Shown in pieces: positions 1-10,675 of a stretch of 64,000 bases of DNA. The notes beneath the pieces were generated by a model. It did not search any database, was not told the DNA's origin, and saw only the letters and a program-made list of their open reading frames with translations. The DNA lies in assembly GCA_045863235.1 (NCBI GenBank), contig BTUM01000027.1, positions 20,667-84,666 of the forward strand, written 5' to 3'. A program made the position numbers and the translations under genes. Source of the DNA: Candidatus Xenobia bacterium. GTDB lineage: Bacteria > Vulcanimicrobiota > Xenobia > Xenobiales > QWHO01. How positions within the stretch are numbered: position 1 is the stretch's first letter; every line of letters starts with the position of its first letter.

Positions 1-235
1 TAGACGGGTTGACCGGCGGGTTCAACTTCCAGAGCGCCTGGGCCAGCGGTTGGGTGGCCGGCCAGGGAATTGCCACCAGGTTGCAGTGACGGGTTTGCTA
101 CAACCAGCGGCGTCCCCCGGGGGACTTCGCCACCGAAACTGCAGGGAACTCCTGAAGGCACGGGGCCGGTCTTGGGAGAGGTAAAACGGACCCGGCTGCG
201 AAACCGTTTTGACTGTTTGGCCTGAAGGAGTGTCC

Positions 236-1918
236 ATGAAAAAGCATGCCTGGTGCGCCGCCGCGCTCTTCGCCTCCCTGACCTTCGGATGCGGCGGCGA
301 TTCTGCCGCCACCAACACAGGCGGCAACGACGTCCCCGATCCACTCCCCCTCGGCGGCAGCTTCCGACTCGACCTGGGAGCCTTCGGGCCAGGGAACGTC
401 GCCGATCTGCTCTTTTTCACCACGCCCGCGAATGGCAACGCCAGCTTGCAGGTCAATCTCGACAACCAGAACCGCGAGCCGGTCTCGACTCGCACCGGGG
501 AAGAGACCTGCAACGACTCGGGTGGGGAAGGGGAAGAGGTGGCCTCCAAAGACCTGCCGCCCGATGTGTGCGCGGCCGAGCGCAGCGAAATCGCGCGTGC
601 CATCAAACAGCGGGCCAATGGCGGCGGCGCGGGCGTGCAGCCCCGCTTCGAGCAAGTGGCCCAGGGTAGCGACATCACCTTCTTCGTGGTGGGCCCGGGC
701 AACCTGAACTGCCGCAAGATCCTGGACGAGACTCAGACCACGAACTGCGTGATCTTCGCCGAGGTCCGCAACGGGCAGCCGGTGCTCAGCACCGAGCGCG
801 CCCTGGCCATCGCCCAGGCCTGGGACACAAACAACCCGGCCCGCCCCGGCGCGGGCATCTATGCTCAGGTCCGGGCCGCGTTCGGCTCGGAGTGGACCAC
901 CAACGGGGGGCGTGACGGCGACAGCAAGATCGTCCTGGTCTTCTGCAGCGGAGCCAGCATCGGCTCGAGCCTGTTCGGTTTCTTCCGTCCGTCCGACGAG
1001 TTCAGCAAGGCCGAGATCGGCACCTCGAACGAGGGCGAGATCCTCTACCTGAATGCTGACAAGTCCGATTTCGACACGCTGGCCACCATGGCCCATGAGT
1101 TCCAGCACATGGTCCGCTTCAATCAAAAGCTCATCCAGCAGGGCACGTTCGCCGGCACAGCTGAGAACGATACGATCGATGAGGGTGCCTCGATGAACGC
1201 CGAGGAGCTTTGCGGCTACAGCCTCGATGCGGCCGGCGGCGGGAACCGGTTCATGTTCCAGGGTTGCCAGTCCTACCTCGAGCAAGCGGCTGACAGCAAT
1301 CTCTTCGATGGATTCAACGGCGCCCTCCGGTTCTATGGCGGCGGCTACCTGCTGGTCAAATACTTCCGCGAGCAGTTTGGCCAGACTGCCTTTGTCACTT
1401 TCAATACCAACACCGGCATCGGCTTCAGCAACATGGCCTCGGTGGCCGGGCTGAGCCAGGCCGAGCTGTTCCGCCGCTTCTCGTTGGCCCTGCTGACCTC
1501 GGGGTTCACCGGCTCGGTCCCGCCCGAAGGCCGCTTCCCCTCGGGCTTCAGCACGCAGGGCTCCTTTAACATCAACGAGCTAGGAGCCGTTTCACTGCCC
1601 GGTCTCCAACCCTCCACGGTGCTCAACCCCCCGTCCAGTCCGAGCAATCTCACGGTTGTTGCCTTTGCGCCCACGCTGGTGAGACTCCAGGGCGGCTCGG
1701 GGCAGAACCTGGTGGTGGAGGGCACGACCACCGGCGAAGGCACCCTGCAGGCTGTCACCGAGAGCACGGTCGGCGTGGTGGCCTCGACGGCGGCCCAGAC
1801 CCTGGGCGCTCAGGCCCGCGCCGAGGACCAGCATGCGACGACCCAGGAGTCGGTGGTGCACAAGGTGACCCCGCCCGAGAACGTTCCCCAGCTAGACGTC
1901 ATCTGGCTGGCCGACTGA
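236..1918 (+). CDS. Lipoprotein zinc metallopeptidase (M30/hyicolysin-like)
   Basis: SD GAAGGAG before ATG 236; lipobox LTFG-C; HEFQH (HExxH) followed by DEGASMNAEE. Confidence 0.75.
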   Translation: MKKHAWCAAALFASLTFGCGGDSAATNTGGNDVPDPLPLGGSFRLDLGAFGPGNVADLLFFTTPANGNASLQVNLDNQNREPVSTRTGEETCNDSGGEGEEVASKDLPPDVCAAERSEIARAIKQRANGGGAGVQPRFEQVAQGSDITFFVVGPGNLNCRKILDETQTTNCVIFAEVRNGQPVLSTERALAIAQAWDTNNPARPGAGIYAQVRAAFGSEWTTNGGRDGDSKIVLVFCSGASIGSSLFGFFRPSDEFSKAEIGTSNEGEILYLNADKSDFDTLATMAHEFQHMVRFNQKLIQQGTFAGTAENDTIDEGASMNAEELCGYSLDAAGGGNRFMFQGCQSYLEQAADSNLFDGFNGALRFYGGGYLLVKYFREQFGQTAFVTFNTNTGIGFSNMASVAGLSQAELFRRFSLALLTSGFTGSVPPEGRFPSGFSTQGSFNINELGAVSLPGLQPSTVLNPPSSPSNLTVVAFAPTLVRLQGGSGQNLVVEGTTTGEGTLQAVTESTVGVVASTAAQTLGAQARAEDQHATTQESVVHKVTPPENVPQLDVIWLAD

Positions 1919-1955
1919 GCCACTCGCTCCCCGCCGCACCTTCTCGTAAGAGAGG

Positions 1956-4900
1956 TCAGCGCACCACCAGTCGGTCCGAGCCGCTGCGCCCGAAGGTCTC
2001 GGGGTTGTACATCTCCTCGGCCTTGGAGGGCGGCACCACGTAGCTCCCGGGCGTGGTGGCCCGGGCCACGTAGGTGTAGTCGTAGACCCCTTCCCAGAGC
2101 ATCGAGGTGAAGGCTTCCACCCGCTCGTCGCGCATGTTCTGGTGCTCGTACCAGGTGCCCATCCAGTACCAGTAGGGCCCGATGGCATCGCGCTGCTTCG
2201 GATCCTGAGGCACGGTGCCGGTCACCTTGAGAGCCGGGTTCAGAGGCTCGAGCCCGGCCGGCAGCGGGTCCACCAGGGCCACATGGTAGCGTCGGTTGGG
2301 TGCCACCATCGTCAGGCGCACCCGCACCCGGGCGCCGGCCTTGACGGTCCACACCCCTTCGGCATCTTGAGCCACGTCGCCCTTGTCGTCCACGGCCTCG
2401 TAGCGGCGCTGCACGGTGAAGCCGTGGTCGGCCGGCTCGAGCTTGAGGTCCTTCGGCGCATAGCGCATCCCGATGCGATAGTAGAGGCGGCCGGGACCCT
2501 CCTTGCTGAGCACCAGGTCCTGCTTGCCCTTGCCTGCCAGCCAGCTCATGGGGACCTCCAGGCCTTTGCGGTCGGGGCTGCGGCCCCGAAAGCGCTGCTC
2601 GCCGGCGTACTGCTTGCCCAGCCAGACCCGGGCCACGAAGTCGGGCGTGACCTTCTCGTAGGTGTTGAAGTAGCGGTCCATGGCCAGCAGCACGAAGACG
2701 TTCTCCTGGGTGTTGAGCCAGCGCCCTTTGGTGCGGTGGCCCAGCAAGCCCCGCACCAGCTTGGGGATCAGGTCGCTTTTGGGTGAATCCAGGATCAGCG
2801 CTTCCAGCAAGATGGCGTCCACCCGACGATCCGAGTAGAGCAACAGGTGCGGGCCGCTCTCGCCGTAGTCCTGGACGAAGTTGGCCGCCTCGGCCGTCTC
2901 AGTGACCCGGTTGTCAAGGTGACGCCGGATAGCGGCCGCCTCGGGCTCCTTGCTCAGAATGGGCAGGATGAAGCCCAGCGCCTCCAGCGAGAGCTTGTCC
3001 ACCCCCGCCTCGGCCACCAGCTTCTTGGCCCGGCTCACGTCCTTGTCGCCGTTGAGGAAACGAACCCAGAGAGCGTAGGCGATGATGGTGCGCCGGCAAT
3101 CCAGGCCATACCAGTGATGGATGTGGTTCTCCACGTCCCGCACGTAGGCCAGGCTACGCTCGAGCATATCACCGGGAATGGCATGCCCCTTCAGTTTGGC
3201 CCGCACCAGGGTGTGGGCTACGTGCACACTGAGGTAGGGCCAGTCTTCCTCGTCGGCACGCCAGAAGCCAAAGCCCCCGTCGGGGCGCTGCATGCCGCGC
3301 AGACGCTCGAGATCGAGCTGCACCGACTTCTTGACCGCCTCCGGATCAGGCATCTCTTCGCTGCGGAAGGCGGCGAGCACGTCCTGCAGGGCCACGATTC
3401 CAAGCACGCGCGAGGAGACCTGCTCGGCGCAACCGTAGGAATAGGTAACCAGGTAGATCATGGCATCGGTCAGCTCGGCCAGGGCGGTCGAGGTGGTGGT
3501 CAACTCCAGGCCTCCGAACTGCTTCCAGACCTCGCCGGGCGCCTGCACCGGCTGGGCCGTGGCCCCCTCGTCGAGCTGGCCATAGGTAGCGAAGGCCTCG
3601 GTGGTGGCCGGCGTCCAGACGGGGAAGCTGAACTCGCTGGCATCGGAGTTCTTTCCGCTGAAAGCGCCTACCTGGAACGAGGCGGTGCCGGCCGAGTCGG
3701 TGCTGACCGGAAAGCGCACCTCGGCCCGGTCGTTGGCCCTGACCTGGAAGGTCCGGCCCTGGCCCTCGGCCAGGACAGCGTTCTGGGCCCGCACGACCAC
3801 CTGCACCTCGAGCGGCTGGTCGGTCTGGTTCTGCACCACCACCGGCAGCTCGGCCCGGTCGCCGAAGTTCAGGAAGCGCGGAGGCGAGGGGCGCACCATG
3901 AGGGGCAGCCGGGCCACCACGCTGGACTCACCTTTGCCGAACTGGTTGGCACCGGCCACGGCCACGGCCACGATGCGGTAGCGAGTGAGGTTGTCGGGCA
4001 GCTTGACGCTGACCCGGGCGGTGCCATCGGCCTTCGTCCTGACTCGGGGCGCAAACAGCGCCAGGGCTGAAAAGTTCGTGCGCATCTTGACGGGAGGCTG
4101 CTGGCTGGCCCCGCCTCCGCCGGCCTCGAGCTTGGCGCGGCGAGCCACCGGGGCCTTACCCATCTCCTCTTCGGGAGCGGGAGCGGCAGCCGCGCTGGGC
4201 ATGGGAGCAGCGGCATCCATGACGGCCCCTTCCGCGTAGCCATTCGCAGTGCGTTGCTCGGCTTGCTCGGAGAGCGAGGCCAGGTCGACCAGCAACACAT
4301 ACTGACGACTGTGCCAGTCGCTCACTCCGGAATCGCGCTGGGCATAGAACAGGTCCAGCGGATTGGCGATCTGGTACCCGGTGAGAGCCAGCACCGCCTC
4401 GTCCACCATCACCAGGGCCACCTCGCTGTCGGGCACGTTCTGGCCTTTGGCGTCGGTCACCCGCACGTCCACGTGGGTCTCGGCCCCCGGCTCGAGCCCC
4501 TTCTGAGCCGGCAGCACCTCTACCTTGAGCGTGCGCTCACGGGGCGGCACCGACAAGTTGAGCATACCGGTGGCGTAGGCGGGCCGCTCGGATTTGCCGG
4601 AAGCATCGTCCTCGCGCTTGTTCCTGCCCACCAGGTCAACCTGGGCATACAAATTGGGAATGTGGGCCGACTCCAGGGTCACCTTGAGCACTGTGGAAGG
4701 CCCGGTCAGGCTGAAGCGGCGCGTCTCGAGCAGGCCCGAGCGGCGCAGGGTGAGCACCCCCTCGGCCGGATAGAAGGGCGCCTGCACCAGGATCTGGGCC
4801 GTCTCGCCCGGCTGGTAGTCTTTGCGGTCGGGAATCAGCACCACTTTCTCCTGGGCCACCCCGCGCTCGGGTACCTGCTTGCCGCCCGGCACCCAGACCG

Positions 4901-7900
4901 TGAGCTGGCTCTCGTTGGGCCGGTCCTTCTCATCGTAAGTACGCACGGTGATCTGGTAGGTGCCCCCGGCCGGCGTCTTGAGGCTGAAATGGGAAGGAGT
5001 ATCGCCTTTGGAGGCCTCGTCGAAGCTCTGGCGGTCGGCGTAGACCGTCTGGTAGCGGCCCTTGCGATACTCGTAATCGATGCGGGCCGAGCGCAGCTCG
5101 ATGGGCCTGCCGGCCAGGGCCTTGCCGGCGGTGTCGCAGACCAGCACGTCCAACTCGATGGGTTTGCCCTGCTCGACGAAGGTACTGGCTGTCTTGAGCC
5201 CCACGTAGGCGTCGGAGGGATGCACCAGGACGCTGGTGGAGGCGTTCCAGGCCTGCCGGTTGACGTCTTGCACACTGGCTTCGGCCTGCACCACCATGGG
5301 CCGGGGCGGCTCCACGCTCGCAAAATCCAGCTTGAGGCGGTGCACGCCACTCGAATCGGTGCGCCCCTCGAAGGTCTGGGTGGCGTCGGCGGTGGGGCGC
5401 ACGTAGAAGTCCATGTCCCACCAGGGGGTCCAGGTGCCGAAGGTGTATTCGTCGCGTCCGGGGGGCTGGAAGGAGCCCTGGGAGGCGCTCACGGCCCAGT
5501 CGACCTGGGCGTTGGGCAGGCCGCCCCCGGCGTAGTAGCTGGCCCTGACCGTGGCCAGAGCGCTCTGACCGATGGAGGAGGTCTCGGGCTCGGCGCTGGC
5601 GCTGACCTCGAACTCGGGCCGGCGGAACTCCTGCACCTCGAAGGTGTGAGCCGTGCTGCCTCCGGGCGCCAGGCCGGTGGAGAGGTCCAACCGCGAGGTG
5701 CCCAGGTTCATGGTCCGGGGAAGCTTCAGCTTGAGGTCGAAGCCGCCCAGCGGGCTGACCGGGGTCTGGCCCTTCTTGACCTCATTGCCGCGCGAGTCAT
5801 AGAGGGTCCAGTAAACCTGGGCCTCCCCGCCGGGGCCGACGGCGGCGATGTCGCCCTTCGGGCCGGCCTGCCAGCGCCGCATCCAGCCTTTGACGAGCAC
5901 CTCCTCGTCGGGTCGATACATCTTGCGGTCGTCGAACACGAACCAGCTGAGCCGGTCGTTCTCGGCCATTCTCGACCAACCCGAGCGGTCCCAGGCGTAG
6001 ACGTTGCGAGGCAGGAACGTGGCGTCCTGGCCCGAGCGGGCCACCAGGATCTCGCAGCTGTGCGATGGCAGCTCCAGCTTCAGGCTGCCATCGGCGGCGG
6101 TGCGGCCGCGGGGGCCACCCAGAAGGCTGACCTCGGCCTCGCTTACGGGCGAGCCGTCGGCCAGCTTGCTCACGTAGGCCACCAGCGAAGTGGCGTCGTT
6201 GGCGGCGTCCAGGCCCAGGTCGGTGACCTGCACCCAGGTGATGACGCGCTGGGGATACTTCTCCTTGGTTACGGGCTCCACCACGACGATGGCCATGCCC
6301 TTGCCAGCCTTGAGAGCCGGCTCCAGAGCCACCTTGACCTCGGTCAGCTCGTCAGGCTGCACTCCGGTATCCTGGGTGATGTCCACCACCTTCTCGCCGG
6401 GGGCCTGGAAGGGACGATCGTAGCTCTGGTCAGTGAGAGCCTTGAGAAAGTCCGGCCACTGCTCGGGCCCCACGGCGTAAACCTTGACCTTCAGTTTCTG
6501 ATAGTTGATCAGGTAGAGGGGGAAACCCGGCTTGTCCTTGGCCTGCAGGGTCACCAGTTGGCCCCCGGGAGCCATGATCTGGGGCTGGGCCGAGCCCACC
6601 TTGAAAGTGAGCGACTCGCTCTCGCCGAGCGTCTGGCCGAAAGTGTCCGGCAGGGAGCCGTCCAGGCGCACGGTGTAGGTCGTGCGGCCTTTGGTCTGGC
6701 CTCGCACCCAGAGCACCGAGCCGTTGGCCTCCACCTTGAGGCCGGGGAGCTTCGGCTCGACCTTCACCATGGTCTCGGGGTCGAACTTCTCCTCGTCGAT
6801 CGGGTTGTTGAAACGAATGTAGAAGGGCTGGAGCGGGCGGCAATCATCCCCCCAGCCGCAGCGGGACTCCTCCACCTCGAGCTTGTCGTAGGTGCGGAAG
6901 GAGTAGTTCTGAGCGGCCTCAGTGCGCAGCGGCCCCTCCGCCGAGGGGGTACCAGGGCCGACGCTGACCGTGTAGCCGGTGGCCGGCTTGAGGGGTGCCG
7001 TGGCCTTGAAGACCACCCAGCGCCTCTTCTCCTCCTCGGAGATCCCCAGGTTGGCGGCTTTGACCTCCTCCTCCGTGGCCAGTCGCACCGAGATGTCGTT
7101 GGAAACCTTGACCGTGGCGATCACCTTGGAGGGAACCACGTCCTGGTTGAAGCGCAGCCAGAAGAGCGGCTCCAGGGGATGGGGTCCATCGTTGGGCGCA
7201 GTGCCCGCCAGGGTGGGCGGCGGGGTCTTGAAGGTCCAGCGCTCGACGGCGGCCAGCTTGTTGCCGGTGGCCGAGGCGGTGCCGGCCGGCACCTCCACGG
7301 TGTACTCCGTGGCCATGGGGAAACGGTGCAACTCGTGACCCTCGCTCACCAGCCCGCGCGGCTCGAACAACAGGGTCTTGCTACCCACCCAGCGCCAGTT
7401 GCCGTCGACCTCGGGGGCCAGGCGCACGGGTATGCCTTTGGCCAGGGTGTCGGCGTGGGAGGTAACCGCCACCATGGGCTGGGAGAAGGTGACCGAGAGC
7501 TGGGGAACCTGCTCCACAGCGCCTTCGGGCGCGTGGCGCAGCACCTTGAGGGGCCCCGACTCGACCTCCGGCGCCTTCTCCGGGGGCACGGGCGGAGGGA
7601 AGGGCTGCTTCTCCACCTTGCCGGCCCGCGGGGCGGGCAGGGAGCTCTCGCGCAGAGCAAACTCCTGTTTCAGGCCAGGGATCTTCTTTTGAGCCGGCAA
7701 GCGGGCGAGCAGCTTCTTGACCTCGGCCTCGCTCAGGGGTTTTGATTCGGTAGGAGGAGCGGGCGTGCCCCCTCCTCCGGGGGTACCCTCGGACAGGCTG
7801 AAAACCAGGCCTTTGGCGGGAGATGCCGTGCTCTCCGGGGTCTCGGCCGAGCGGGGCCCGCGCGAGCGGGGTCCGGGCGTGCCAGGGCCGGGGGAGCAGC

Positions 7901-7955
7901 CCCAGACCACCAGTGCGGCCAGGATGCAGAACGAGATCAGTCGTGCCCAGCGCAT
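1956..7955 (-). CDS. Bacterial alpha-2-macroglobulin family lipoprotein
   Basis: 1999 aa; lipobox VWG-C; N-terminal Ig-like repeats; thioester motif YGCAEQ; Ala/Pro-rich bait-like region; C-terminal AEEMYNPE. Confidence 0.92.
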   Translation of the reverse strand: MRWARLISFCILAALVVWGCSPGPGTPGPRSRGPRSAETPESTASPAKGLVFSLSEGTPGGGGTPAPPTESKPLSEAEVKKLLARLPAQKKIPGLKQEFALRESSLPAPRAGKVEKQPFPPPVPPEKAPEVESGPLKVLRHAPEGAVEQVPQLSVTFSQPMVAVTSHADTLAKGIPVRLAPEVDGNWRWVGSKTLLFEPRGLVSEGHELHRFPMATEYTVEVPAGTASATGNKLAAVERWTFKTPPPTLAGTAPNDGPHPLEPLFWLRFNQDVVPSKVIATVKVSNDISVRLATEEEVKAANLGISEEEKRRWVVFKATAPLKPATGYTVSVGPGTPSAEGPLRTEAAQNYSFRTYDKLEVEESRCGWGDDCRPLQPFYIRFNNPIDEEKFDPETMVKVEPKLPGLKVEANGSVLWVRGQTKGRTTYTVRLDGSLPDTFGQTLGESESLTFKVGSAQPQIMAPGGQLVTLQAKDKPGFPLYLINYQKLKVKVYAVGPEQWPDFLKALTDQSYDRPFQAPGEKVVDITQDTGVQPDELTEVKVALEPALKAGKGMAIVVVEPVTKEKYPQRVITWVQVTDLGLDAANDATSLVAYVSKLADGSPVSEAEVSLLGGPRGRTAADGSLKLELPSHSCEILVARSGQDATFLPRNVYAWDRSGWSRMAENDRLSWFVFDDRKMYRPDEEVLVKGWMRRWQAGPKGDIAAVGPGGEAQVYWTLYDSRGNEVKKGQTPVSPLGGFDLKLKLPRTMNLGTSRLDLSTGLAPGGSTAHTFEVQEFRRPEFEVSASAEPETSSIGQSALATVRASYYAGGGLPNAQVDWAVSASQGSFQPPGRDEYTFGTWTPWWDMDFYVRPTADATQTFEGRTDSSGVHRLKLDFASVEPPRPMVVQAEASVQDVNRQAWNASTSVLVHPSDAYVGLKTASTFVEQGKPIELDVLVCDTAGKALAGRPIELRSARIDYEYRKGRYQTVYADRQSFDEASKGDTPSHFSLKTPAGGTYQITVRTYDEKDRPNESQLTVWVPGGKQVPERGVAQEKVVLIPDRKDYQPGETAQILVQAPFYPAEGVLTLRRSGLLETRRFSLTGPSTVLKVTLESAHIPNLYAQVDLVGRNKREDDASGKSERPAYATGMLNLSVPPRERTLKVEVLPAQKGLEPGAETHVDVRVTDAKGQNVPDSEVALVMVDEAVLALTGYQIANPLDLFYAQRDSGVSDWHSRQYVLLVDLASLSEQAEQRTANGYAEGAVMDAAAPMPSAAAAPAPEEEMGKAPVARRAKLEAGGGGASQQPPVKMRTNFSALALFAPRVRTKADGTARVSVKLPDNLTRYRIVAVAVAGANQFGKGESSVVARLPLMVRPSPPRFLNFGDRAELPVVVQNQTDQPLEVQVVVRAQNAVLAEGQGRTFQVRANDRAEVRFPVSTDSAGTASFQVGAFSGKNSDASEFSFPVWTPATTEAFATYGQLDEGATAQPVQAPGEVWKQFGGLELTTTSTALAELTDAMIYLVTYSYGCAEQVSSRVLGIVALQDVLAAFRSEEMPDPEAVKKSVQLDLERLRGMQRPDGGFGFWRADEEDWPYLSVHVAHTLVRAKLKGHAIPGDMLERSLAYVRDVENHIHHWYGLDCRRTIIAYALWVRFLNGDKDVSRAKKLVAEAGVDKLSLEALGFILPILSKEPEAAAIRRHLDNRVTETAEAANFVQDYGESGPHLLLYSDRRVDAILLEALILDSPKSDLIPKLVRGLLGHRTKGRWLNTQENVFVLLAMDRYFNTYEKVTPDFVARVWLGKQYAGEQRFRGRSPDRKGLEVPMSWLAGKGKQDLVLSKEGPGRLYYRIGMRYAPKDLKLEPADHGFTVQRRYEAVDDKGDVAQDAEGVWTVKAGARVRVRLTMVAPNRRYHVALVDPLPAGLEPLNPALKVTGTVPQDPKQRDAIGPYWYWMGTWYEHQNMRDERVEAFTSMLWEGVYDYTYVARATTPGSYVVPPSKAEEMYNPETFGRSGSDRLVVR

Positions 7956-8002
7956 GCTTTGAGCCCCTCCAGTCCCGCGTTTGGTCGGCGAGCGGGGCCG
8001 CC

Positions 8003-8482
8003 TTATTCCTTCCGGGTCTTCTCGACCAGGAAGTTCTGCAGGTTCTGGATCAGGTAGGCCACGCCCTCCGAGCCGCGTCCGATGGACACCTGGATGTGAT
8101 CCATGCGGCTCAGGGTGGCGTCGGGGAAGACCATCTGCCCCTCCAGAGTGCGAGCCGCCTCGCGAAAGCTCTCCATCGAATCGCGCAAAGGTGCCAGAAA
8201 GCCACCCAGCACACCGGCCTGGGTCTCCTCCAGGTTCATCATGGAGAGCACGTTGCCGGTCTGGTCCACGTGGCGGATCATCGTGTCGAGGGCCTGGTCG
8301 AGCCGACCGAGCACCTGGCGCACCTCATCCGGGCTGATGCCCCGCTCGCGCTGGGATCTCTGAATGGCGTACAGTTGCGGCATGAAGCCCCGCTGCTCGG
8401 CCACCAGGCCGAGATGAAACTGGCAGCGAGTGCAGGAAGGGCCCGGGCCCTGATTGTCCAGGCCACACTTGAGACAGAGCAT
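8003..8482 (-). CDS. Zinc-ribbon plus helical-bundle hypothetical protein
   Basis: ATG 8482 gives MLCLKC...CTRC (CxxC-x10-CxxC); helical part resembles ORFs at 21268, 31578 and 33125. Confidence 0.65.
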   Translation of the reverse strand: MLCLKCGLDNQGPGPSCTRCQFHLGLVAEQRGFMPQLYAIQRSQRERGISPDEVRQVLGRLDQALDTMIRHVDQTGNVLSMMNLEETQAGVLGGFLAPLRDSMESFREAARTLEGQMVFPDATLSRMDHIQVSIGRGSEGVAYLIQNLQNFLVEKTRKE

Positions 8483-8646
8483 AGGGCGGGGCTCTTCGGG
8501 GTCCTCCCCGCGCTTGCCTTCAGGTTTGCTGCAACAGCCCCGAACTCCAGGACGACTCGGGAAGAGAGCGCCGAGTTCTTTCATCGCCGAGGTCTTCAGC
8601 GGGGATCGCTCTCCTCGCGAGGAAGACTCACAGCCATGGCGGCGGG

Positions 8647-9996
8647 ATGGGAGTCAGAGACGAGGTTGGGGAGCGTGCCCGCGTGAAGTGGACCCTTTAT
8701 CCCGATCTCGCGGTCCGCTGGCTTGAAGCCAGCGATCCGGCTCCGTACTGGGACCTCGAGACCGGACGTCCTTTCGGACTGCTGCGCCGCCCGGTCGAGA
8801 GCCCAGGTGAGGTGCTGCTGGTCGCAAAGACCCTTTTCGAGCCGCGCGAGGACAGGAGCTGGGAGTCGGCCTCAGGGCGCGTCTTGCCGGCTGTTCCCGA
8901 GGGCTACGAGCTCTTCCGCCTGGGCCCGGACGGGGCGCACGCTCTCCTGACGGGCCCGCTGGAAGGGGTGGACATAGGCACCGAGATGCCGCCCCAGGTG
9001 ACCGTGCTCCTGGAAAAGATGGGCTATCGGGGCCTGTGGCTGTTTCACTTTGACGAGAACGGCTGGACCAGGCTGAGCGGGACGCCGTTCCCTCAGTCGG
9101 ACGAAGCGCCCGCGGCCCGCTGGGTGCCCGACCATCGCGCCGTCCAAATCGAGGGCGCCTGGGCCTACCGATTCCGGCCCGAACACTGCCGGCTGTGGTT
9201 CCCCTCGACGGGCCGAACGTTCTCTACGGGACCATCCGGGTCGAAGCCGATCGCCGAGGAACTCTGGGCTTTCGGCGACGAGCGCGGACACCTCTGTGTC
9301 TGCGGCCCCACCAGCGAGTCGAGAAAGATCGGCGAGGGGAACCTGGACGAGTTGCGCCAACTGGCCCACTGTCCCGGCTACTTCTTTACCGGAGGGGAGC
9401 AGGCGTGCATCTGGGACCTCGAGCTGAAGGTCCGGGCCCGGCTGAAGACGGGGCTGGTTTGGGACCTCTGCGCCGCGGGGGATCGCCTGCTGGTTCGCAC
9501 CCAGACCGGGGCCAGCCTCTGGTCGGTGCCTCAGGGCAAGCGGCTGCTGGACAAGCCGATCACCGATCCGGATGATACCCGGTTCGAGCCTTGCATCTTC
9601 AGCAGCCACGCCGGGGACTGGTTCCTGCTCGCGCGCTTCAGCATGATGTCGCGTGAAGTCTGGTGCTGGGCCATCCACGGCCAGACGCTGGAGCAGCGAA
9701 GCCTGACCCTCCCAACCGGGGTCTGCCGGGGGGCCGCCAGACTCCTGCCCGACGGCAAACTCCTGTTCCTGACCGATGACGGCCGTTGGCATCTCCACGC
9801 CGGGCCGAAGTGGGAGCTGTGCGCGCGGCTCGAGACAAGGCCCTCCGGAGGCTGGGTGGTCTCCACGCCGGGGGGCAAGTACGACGCGGCCGACGGCGAG
9901 ACAGCCGGCGGCAAGCACCACGTGCCCGGTCTGTGGCAGTCTCTGTGGTGCTCGAGCCCCTCACCGACCCGCAAGCGTCGCTGGGGGATCTTCTAG
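8647..9996 (+). CDS. Hypothetical protein, probable beta-propeller (WD40-like)
   Basis: 449-aa ORF with Trp-rich short beta motifs (CIWDL, VWDL, SLWSV); start may be GTG 8683. Confidence 0.5.
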   Translation: MGVRDEVGERARVKWTLYPDLAVRWLEASDPAPYWDLETGRPFGLLRRPVESPGEVLLVAKTLFEPREDRSWESASGRVLPAVPEGYELFRLGPDGAHALLTGPLEGVDIGTEMPPQVTVLLEKMGYRGLWLFHFDENGWTRLSGTPFPQSDEAPAARWVPDHRAVQIEGAWAYRFRPEHCRLWFPSTGRTFSTGPSGSKPIAEELWAFGDERGHLCVCGPTSESRKIGEGNLDELRQLAHCPGYFFTGGEQACIWDLELKVRARLKTGLVWDLCAAGDRLLVRTQTGASLWSVPQGKRLLDKPITDPDDTRFEPCIFSSHAGDWFLLARFSMMSREVWCWAIHGQTLEQRSLTLPTGVCRGAARLLPDGKLLFLTDDGRWHLHAGPKWELCARLETRPSGGWVVSTPGGKYDAADGETAGGKHHVPGLWQSLWCSSPSPTRKRRWGIF

Positions 9997-10252
9997 AGAG
10001 GCCCGTGCCGATCCATAAATTGCGGGCGGTAGGCGGGGCCAGGTCGGACTTCCAGATTCAACAGAGCAGCGTCGGGAACTTAGCTCGAAGTTAACGCACA
10101 GGCAAAGCCTGGAACCATTCATCCGGGCAAGATGGGCCCGTGATCGAGCGCACGAAACTCAACGCCATGCGGAGCATGTTGGCGTGCTCAAGTCGATGCG
10201 GCACGTACCAGGTTTGGACGAGGCTCGCACCAGAAGTCGGTCGGCAGCGGAC

Positions 10253-10675
10253 ATGAGAACGCTCATCCTGCTGCTGGCTCTGAGCTGCCTGGCGGTGGCC
10301 GCCGGGCCCGGGGAATGGCGCGCGAAGGGCAAGCTCACGGGCGTTCCGGCCGAGGCCAGGCCGGTCGCTTTCTCCCTGAACGGCAAGCTGCTCCACTGCC
10401 GTGGGCAGATCTTTGGCTACGTCGGCATGGGCGAGGCCCGCGGAGTACGGCTCAAGCTCCGGCTAAAGAACGTTTCCCGTCAGAAGGTTCGCTACGCTCT
10501 GCACGGGGCTGTTCTCGACAAGCGGGGCGAGTTGCTGGGCGCGGACGGCGTCCAGGAGATCGTCGGTCTGGAGCCGGGCAAGGACGCCCTCGTGCAGTTC
10601 GACCTCGCCATCCCTCGCGCCGAGCAAAAGCGCGTTGCCGCCTACCAGGCGGTCTTGTTCGAACGAACCCCATGA
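10253..10675 (+). CDS. Secreted small beta-sandwich protein (FxLYD-like)
   Basis: Signal peptide MRTLILLLALSCLAVAA; LKNVS...VLDKRGELLG...LEPGK pattern. Confidence 0.6.
   Translation: MRTLILLLALSCLAVAAGPGEWRAKGKLTGVPAEARPVAFSLNGKLLHCRGQIFGYVGMGEARGVRLKLRLKNVSRQKVRYALHGAVLDKRGELLGADGVQEIVGLEPGKDALVQFDLAIPRAEQKRVAAYQAVLFERTP

Noticed and set aside
4254..7745. Very long opposite-strand ORFs (e.g. 1163 aa here, 716 aa opposite lon, 708 aa opposite 21268)
   Set aside because: Antisense shadows of well-supported genes, expected in high-GC DNA; no recognisable motifs.
10085..10140. c-di-GMP-I riboswitch-like string (ACGCACAGGCAAAGCC)
   Set aside because: Lacks the GNRA hairpin and receptor arrangement; resemblance is superficial.
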